DNA of 64,000 nt, from NCBI GenBank assembly GCA_951406725.2, contig OX597816.1, positions 52,018,001-52,082,000 of the forward strand, in the 5' to 3' direction. This document shows positions 54,856 through 64,000 of this stretch, piece after piece; positions within the stretch are counted from its first letter, which is position 1, and the number at the start of each line of letters is the position of its first letter. Made by a program: the position numbers and the translations under genes. The notes under the pieces were generated by a model. The model had not been told where the DNA came from and ran no database searches. It worked only from the letters and a program-made list of their open reading frames with translations. The DNA comes from Octopus vulgaris (lineage: Eukaryota).

Positions 54856-56444
54856 AAAAAGATAACACCGATTAACTAACCGCCCTTGATAATGAATTAA
54901 AGTTTACTCGATAATGTCGCTGCTTTAATTGCCTCATAATGACTACTTCTCTAGCACTCCGAGTCCTTGGAGTATTCCAGAAGACACAGACATTAGGTAG
55001 CAAACATAGACTGGTTTGCTTTCCAGACTCCGTTGAGGTCATAACTAAGCGTTCATAAAATGCTTTCGAATATAACCTAGAATCCAGTCTTAATTTTTAA
55101 TTGTTTTTTTTTTTTTTGTGTGGCAGGGTACTTGTTCCACATCGAGTTGATTTCAGTGCATATGACTTTCAAGTCCGCAGCCCAGCATGATCCCACTCAA
55201 GTGACTGACACAATGTATGTGTGCGTATGCATATGTATATACTACCTATGTACAAACATATGCCACACACATTCACCCTGATACACACACACATATATGT
55301 CTATGTGTGTGTTTGCTTGTGCATGTACGATTCGCGTGATTGCCGTACATTTGCATATAGTGATACAAAAGAAGATTTTTGTTATGATAAAAACAAAACA
55401 ATGAAATGAAAAATAGCAACATTTTTTTGTCCTTCTTCCTCTGTTTCTGTCTGGTATTAGATTATGAAAATGAAGATTACTTTTTCAAAAGATATCAAAC
55501 ATTTATTTTTAAACTCTGATCTGCTTGCACTATAATATAAATATATAAATCACATGCAGTTTCCTTCTTACAGTTGCCGATGTTTATTCATACTCTTATA
55601 CATTTGATTCTCTACAGAAAAAAGCTTTCGTTGTAGCACAGATTTTCTCATTATAGCAACCGTTCTTTATATATCGGTATATGCAAATTGTAACATGTGA
55701 CGAAGCAACTTATAGATGCGTATCGTGAAATTTGACAGGTGGTATTTATACAAAGGAAAGGAAAACGAAAAATAGAGGAGAAAAAATGTATGATATGAAG
55801 TTGATGAAAATCAAAGTTATTAGATATTTTCTAACTAAAGATGGACTATACAGAAACGTACATGGCCTAAAATCCCCAGAAATAAAAAGAAATACAACCT
55901 AAATTGACAAATCCCTAATATCTTCATTGGAATAAACCGGCCTGTCATTCAAGGAAAATTTTGTATTCTGTCATTCACCATAGAAATCTATATTATATTT
56001 ATATCTTCGCGCATCTTTTTAAGTTTCCGATGAGAGAACTAGGAATGATAAAACCTCACTTAAACCATAATTGACGTCAACTTTTATCAGTAATTTGAAT
56101 ATGTAATTTAGAATAATTTATTATTCGACTCTATTGTCGGTTGAATTAGAGCTGACAGTTTATTAAAACTAGATATCGATTTTTGTAAAGTTCGAACAGT
56201 AAAGTAATCTCGTTGAAAAACATCAAGCGAGATTTTTGACGATATTGAAGTTGTAATCGCAATGATAAGCATCTAGAGAAGGTTTCGAGAAGAGCTCTCA
56301 GAAGGCCGCTATTCATATTTGGTAATTCTTATTTAATCTCTTCCCCAAGTGCGAAACCATCGACAGTGTGTTCGATGCTTTCTCGCAGCTAACACTTGAA
56401 CCACTGATAACATCTGTTCAATGCAAACGTGGCTATAATACCAA

Positions 56445-56506
<62 letters not shown>

Positions 56507-57555
56507 CAAGTACAAAATAAGAAAATACCGAAATCAAGATATAATGATGCATATTTTGAAGCCATTGCTTCGCGAATTTAGTAGTATTTTATTGTTAATC
56601 ATTTTGAGCTAAAAGTATTAGTATTACATGTCTCCATTGTTGATGGCATAATAGTCAAATATGCTTGTAAGGATTTGTTAACTCAATGATGCTTTTAATA
56701 TATTCTCATTTTCTGCATAATGAAAAGGATTTATGAAATTAGCATTCTACGCTAGCATGTTCCGTTTGTTTTCTCATAAGAGTTACAAAATAAAACTTAA
56801 TTTTAACCAGATGAGATTGTGTCAACAACATGTAGGGTTATGCATCTAGAGTATTCTCATGGTGCTTATGGTATCATTTTCCTTTTGTTTTTTGGATCTT
56901 TAATATCTTAAGGATCAAGAGAATCTTTGTTGTTGAAAGAACGATAGTTTACAGATAAACATCAACGCTAGTTAGAGACGTTTGTAAACAATAGATCCAT
57001 GTATTAACTATACTTAAATTCATCTTTTTTGCTGTTTTTAAGCAAAACCATTTACATATTAAAAACAAATTTGTTTTGCATCGTAAATAGCTTTAAAAGC
57101 ATTTAACTTCAGTATTTAATCTGCGTTTTAAAATTATCATATAAGACACTAATTGCTAACAATTATGTTTAGATGGTTTCAAAATGATACTGATTTTGTC
57201 AATGAAAAAAAAACATTCTCAGCTTCTTAAACACAATTCTATAAGCTCAGGCATAGCTATCTGGTAAAGAGGTTTACATCACTGCTATATACCTTCATGT
57301 TTGTGTGTGGAGGGTGCGTGTGTGTGTGCGTGCATGTGCGTGTGCATGCGCGAGAGCGTGTCTTTGTATTCGTATTTGTCCTTCACAGCTCTTTGACAAT
57401 CAGTGTTGCTTTGTTTACAACCCTGCAACTTAGCGGTTCGGCTAAGTACCAGTATTTAGAATAAGTACCAGTATTTAGAAGAAAATAAGTACTGCAGCCC
57501 AATGAACATCATGAATATAAGATAAACGATAAACGATGCATGTATACGCAGATAG

Positions 57556-58190
<635 letters not shown>

Positions 58191-58919
58191 GATAGACGTG
58201 TGTGTATTTGTGTATATATTGTATCTCCTTAAAATCTGTGTTGTTCATCATATTCCTTAGAGCGCTTCGACAAATATTACGCGATAAAATATATATCAGA
58301 CCTATTAAAAATATGTTCATTAGAGCCTATGTGACTGGCTAAACATTCAAGGTGGTGCTGCAGCATGGCCGCCGTCCAACGACTGAATGTCACAAAAGGA
58401 TGAAGACTAAATCTCATCATTATTCATTTAATTCTAATTTGTAAGTCAAAGAGATATCATTTTCTCTCATACGCATTTATTTACCATTTTTATGAGCAAA
58501 CATGTTGATATGTATGAGAGGCATGTTGTAAGAGTGAATGTCTTTTATATAGTGAAAAGCTGAAGTTAAATGGAGTTAGTACATTACATGATTTTATGGT
58601 TTAGACTCAAATTTAGAGGGAAAAGAATAGAAGTGTGCATTAGAGAATGGTAGAGTTTTAGTGTCGGTTATGGAGATTCTAACCTTATGCTTTATGGTAT
58701 CTATTTCCGTGCTTCTCGCTTTAAATTCCGTCAGAATCGATAACAGCAATTAGTGAAAAGGAATTCACTTTACTGAAAACTTACGTCACGATCGTTATGC
58801 TCAACCTACAAGAAACAGATGGATTGTAGTCATCGCAGCAAGTAATAACGAGACCACTACTACCACGCACCCCCACCTGCGTCATCTCCGTTAACAACAG
58901 CACCAACAACGTGTGAACT

Positions 58920-60810
58920 AGAAAGCCTCTATGTAGTCACCCGACTTGCTAGAAATAGTTATTAAATTTCCATCAAATCGAACTTCTAGGGAAAGGAAAA
59001 GACATATCGGTTAACATAGTCATACATAACCCTAAACAGATCAGATCATCATAACTAGACTACTTTTGATTATATGTCGTCTCGCTGAGAAATTACCTAG
59101 GGTCAAACAACGGTAAAATCAGCTACAGGAGTGCTGACATAAACGTCGATACACTCATTGGTCTGCTGTCAGTAGAATTATTGATGCCAAAGAGCAACTT
59201 ATGCCATCAATCCATTTTGGGTTGAGATGAAATATGACTAATTTCTTGATGTCCATGGCATTTGCCACAACGGCAACAGGGCGGGGAAATGTTTACAGCT
59301 GCCAATCAAAAAAGGTTTCTTGCAATTGGTTGTTAACTGAAGGATTGCTTTAATCTAACATACTTGGCAAAGGCATTTATATGAAACTAACAATTTATCC
59401 GTGAAACATCTTGCAGTAACGTTTTGTGTTAAAAGGACATTTTGTTAATGTAATATTTTATTCAATTCCGACATAACGTAATATTTTGTATTATTATATC
59501 GTAACGTAGCACTTTGTTTTCTTATGCATGCGAGTAATATTTTTCTTAACATATGGTTATAACGTAAATTGTACAATGTTGACCATAACTTAATATTTTA
59601 TACAGTCTTAATGTTAACATGCTTAACTCATTAACGTTTTGTGTTACATCGCCTTAACAACATTTTTGTAGTATAACTTTCGATTTATATACGGCAGCTG
59701 CTACTACTACTTCTGTTATTGTTTAGTTTTCAGATCAATACTGCTCTAACCAAATTAGCACGAGGGTTTCAGTCATGACCATCCCGATTTTTAATCAGTG
59801 TTTAAAGACACTGTGCGCCCTTCCATTTTCAAGGGAGCAGTTATGACCTGATTTGAGAGACTTGACGTCCGATTTCAGACAGTTGTGCATCTACGCCAAA
59901 GTTCACTCCATAGAGTTATAGAGTTAAATCAGCAATTATCCATTATTGAATCAGTAAACTAGTCATGACTACCCTGTCTTTTATTCAATAATTTTAACAC
60001 TACATTATCATGCGTTCACCAGTTTTCAACGATAGCTTGTGATTTAAAGGAGACATGTAGCCATTTCTAACCTAAAGATCGTAGAGAGTCCTTGGGCGAA
60101 GTCATTACATTACAGGTTCATGTTAGGTCGTCTCTAATCGAAGAAAACTAGTAATGGCATTCAATCCATGACCATCTTCATTTTCCTTTCTTTGATTTTT
60201 CTTTTCTAAATATTAGCTATTTACCTTATCTAATATGTCCTTTCCTTATTTGATATGTTTTGATGTAATTTCGAAATTCTTTGTTATCATTAAGAGCAGA
60301 TCGAGCTTCCACACAAAATCTAAATATAATATAATATAATGCTTATCGCATTATATTTTTTTTTAAAGTGGCAGAGGTAATTAGCCCAACGGCATCCAAT
60401 TACCATTTTTTCTAAAAAATAAAGTGGTAAAGATTTTCTCTCATAACGAGAATATAAGTCAGAATGATGATCCAACAGAGCACACTTTTGTATTACTGCC
60501 TCCAGTTATAACCGTAGACTACAACACTTTGACGTACCCAGAATTAGGTGCATGCATATAAAACATAGATTCACACCACGACTCTAAATACGTCTTTTGA
60601 ATCGTTGCTTTCGTTAGTCTTTTCGTTGTATTTTACTGTCATTTAGGCTCATGACCTTTCCTGATAGAGGAGACCTATGGTAGTATTTCCACCTATGACC
60701 ATTCCTTTTGTTATATAGTTATTATCAAGGCTACATTACCTAAAATATCTTTCCTATTTTGCACGGTAAGGTATGATCTGAGGAGGATTTCAGATAACTG
60801 CATACAGTCT
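58920..60810. mobile_element. Cluster of about five very old copies of one short (about 180 bp) repeat family
   Basis: Recurring catgaccatc-like core followed by tgattt..gaga..atttc at about 59730, 59920, 60120 and 60645 (+) and about 58920-59110 (-); a similar copy lies at about 10695-10870. Confidence 0.45.
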
Positions 60811-61039
60811 CTTCTTAATATCATGTTCTTGATGTTGTTTCTCTGCATTAAGCACTAAACTCATTCTATTTATCTGCGTCGTTCGTACGTTTCTCCTAAG
60901 CAAAAGCCATGTTGTTTCTATTACATGTTGAGGATTACTTATACGCATATTTTAATTAGCTCTATCTCAAGATATCTAGAACTTTTGTGACACTAAAATT
61001 TCTATATCAATACGATACGGTATTGCAGTTATATATGTA

Positions 61040-61078
<39 letters not shown>

Positions 61079-61229
61079 TGTGTGTGTATGTATATATGTA
61101 TCTATGCATGTATATGTATGTAGGTATGTACGTACAAATATATACACTATGAGAATATGTTATGTTTGTTTAATATAATTTTGTAGATATCAAAGCTTCT
61201 AATCAACAGACAATCGATTATTGTTGCTC

Positions 61230-62527
61230 ATGACCGAAATGGAGTTTGTGCTGAGTAAAAGATAAAAACACTAGCGAACACTAAATGATTTTTTTCATAC
61301 GTCAGCGATAAGACTGCCAACAGTGTCAAATATTGGAGATATCTGACATGTACAATTCCTGTATTCTCTGACGGAAGTGTTATTCAAACTAACTTGACTG
61401 ACCACAATCTTCTACACGATAGATGAAGCATGCAGTGAAGTGGAAAAGACAATATCTATTATGCAGCAAAGAACAGTTAAGATGAACAATCATCAACTAT
61501 CATCCAGGAATTTTACACCAGTACCCTCTGGCAGACTTCAATAATAGAAAGATTGCACATTCGACGTGCATGAATCGAAGAAAGCGTAAGAATCCTAAAA
61601 GAGATAGTTTTAACGATAACTTACGTGGAGCACACAAAAGTAAAATATGTTTTAAAAGAGACTAATAAAAATGGTTTTAATATTTTCATCCTAAAGAAAT
61701 TAGGCTGGTTTGTTCAAAAGTGATAATAGGTCAGTAATAGAACATTTGATCCATCTAAAACTGGCAATCAGTTGCATATTATTTATTCATGGTCTGGTAA
61801 ATGGTTATCACACTGCTGCTGTTTTGTTCCATAACATGCAACTTAAATTGAAACCTTTCGAGTTATCATTAACTAAGAGCCTGCGATTTTATACCTGAAA
61901 ATGTAAACGATGGTTTTTGAAATTATTAAATTTAACGCGTTTTAAATAGCCTCCCAGCAACAAATATTTTAGAGGTTTCTGCTTTGATCCATTGTCAGCA
62001 GTGTTGCAATTCTTGATTCAAACGTTGTTACTATGTTCTTTGGGCACTGATAATCTGGAATCTCATCTCCTGTTAAAAATCCTTTCATGTCCTGATATTC
62101 TTAACCCCAGTTAATGATGTACGAAGATTTGAGGATTTAGTTGGAATTTTGAGCAACGAACACGAATATTCACTTGGGATGAAGCCTGCAAGATATGTCC
62201 ATCTAAGATATTTAATACAACGTTTGAATATACATGAGCTTGGACAAATGACTTCCCACGCACTAATAATAGTATTGAAATTTGGCAAAACACATTTAGC
62301 AAGTGTGTTGCCACTACTCATCTCCTATAACAGTCTCACGAAAGAAATTTAAACTGGTGCGAGATGCATATGAGAATTTTATCGAGCGATTGTTTGATGG
62401 TATTGATTGTCCACCAAATAAAAGATATTCCGATGCAGTAAACAGACTAAAAGACATGGTAACTGGATATCATGCTTTCAATGATCGAATAATTAATTAC
62501 TCACTTCTTATAGCACTTAACTTATGA
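61230..62527 (+). pseudogene. Decayed FLYWCH-MULE (Mutator-like) transposase
   Basis: MEFVLSKR..SYVSDKTANSVKYWR..C..DHN (FLYWCH-like), IHGLVNGYHTAAV, FPRTNNSIEIWQNTF and C-terminal RYSDAVNRLKDMV..NY..LIALNL*; many stops and frameshifts. Confidence 0.75.
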
Positions 62528-62779
62528 AATTTCTACAAGGAGAATATCCTGTCAGTCTTTTAACAATAATTTGTTTTTTGAGAAAAATTCTGTTTTTATT
62601 TTATATTCATAAATATCGTGTAGTAGATCGGGAAGGAAACAGCATTCGTTAAAAGGTCATGTCGCCAAATTCATACATCTATACACATACTGACAAATAC
62701 ACACACACACATACACACATATATTTATATATATACATAAATACATACGTACATACATACTTACACACACACACGCACG

Positions 62780-62907
<128 letters not shown>

Positions 62908-63220
62908 AACTTTTCAAATAGGCTACGGGTAGAAATTCATTGGTAGTCAGAGATGCCTACACAGAAAGAAAGGGAAACAGTAAATAGCAAGTTTTCTCTC
63001 TCTCACTCTCTCTTACTCTCTCTTTATATGTCTATCTTTCTCCGCCCCTCTCTCTATCTTGCACTCTTTATCCCTCTCTTTCCATCGGTCTCTTTCTTGC
63101 TCCTGAAATGTAAAATTCTTATTCTCCTCGCGGCAAACACTAGATTATGCAAAGTCCTAAAACTCAAGTGCATAATTGTACAATTTTGGCCGCCACTGAC
63201 TAGCACGAGGTTCCCTACGA

Positions 63221-63270
<50 letters not shown>

Positions 63271-64000
63271 AGCTGTGTGTGTGTGCGGTGAGGTACGTGC
63301 GCGTGTGCACGTGTGTGTATTCTTGTGTATATGTGAGTGTGTGTGTTTGAGTGCATGCATAAATGTATGTGATATGCACAAAACATTTGTCTTTCTATAT
63401 AAATACATATATATTCGTACACTACGAATGCACGCCTTCATAGTGTTTGTGTGAATGTGACTGAATGTGTGTGCATGTGTTTTGTGTATGTATCTGCCTG
63501 TCTGTGTGTCTGTGTCTGTGTAAGTCAGTGTGGAGGTAAGAAGGAAAAAAAGTGAGAGAGAGAGAGCGACAAAAAGAATGACTGCGTGTATACATCCATA
63601 TACGTGAATGCTAAAAGACACACTCACACATGCAGCCAAAAACTGATTCTCAAAATTTACATGTGCGAGATTATCGGAATCGTCATTAACTCTATAATTA
63701 ATTACTTCCTATCTGCCTCATTAATCTCTCCCACTTGTGTGCCTCTCTCTCTTTTTCTCTCTCGGCCTCCTCTCTTTTTCTCACTCTCCTCAAATCGCGA
63801 TCGCATTAGCTTGATAAGCTTAATAACATCAGGTATACATTGCCTTAATCTTATACAGTTACATGAAAATAACATAAAGCGTATTGCTTCTTTCATTTAC
63901 TTCTATTTCCTCTGTTTTTATATTTTCTATCAGCCAAGTAGGTTTCGTCATTGGTTTATTTATTTATTTATTTAACAACGGTAGTTTGTTGCTGTTGGTG

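Overview
This AT-rich, microsatellite-saturated eukaryotic window is intronic or intergenic, and its repeat content strongly suggests an octopus (coleoid cephalopod) genome (inference). I found no credible host protein-coding exon; nearly all ORFs in the track are microsatellite artefacts. The window is a mosaic of four tRNA-derived SINE families (some multimeric or with swapped tails), fossils of R4/Dong-type RLE LINEs (mostly beside (TAA)n), a gag-like LINE ORF1, a Tc1/mariner-type MITE, Helitron pieces and a decayed FLYWCH-MULE transposase. The most notable signal is about 14 recognisable type I hammerhead ribozyme (HHR) motifs plus 3 GAAA/stem III remnants. They lie in short non-coding Penelope-like elements, mostly embedded in (TA)n. 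Several have intact cores, families carry distinct palindromic stem III sequences, some carry non-canonical cores, and five elements are foldback hairpins, four of which have the inversion breakpoint inside the ribozyme. All structures were paired by eye; no folding or database search was run.
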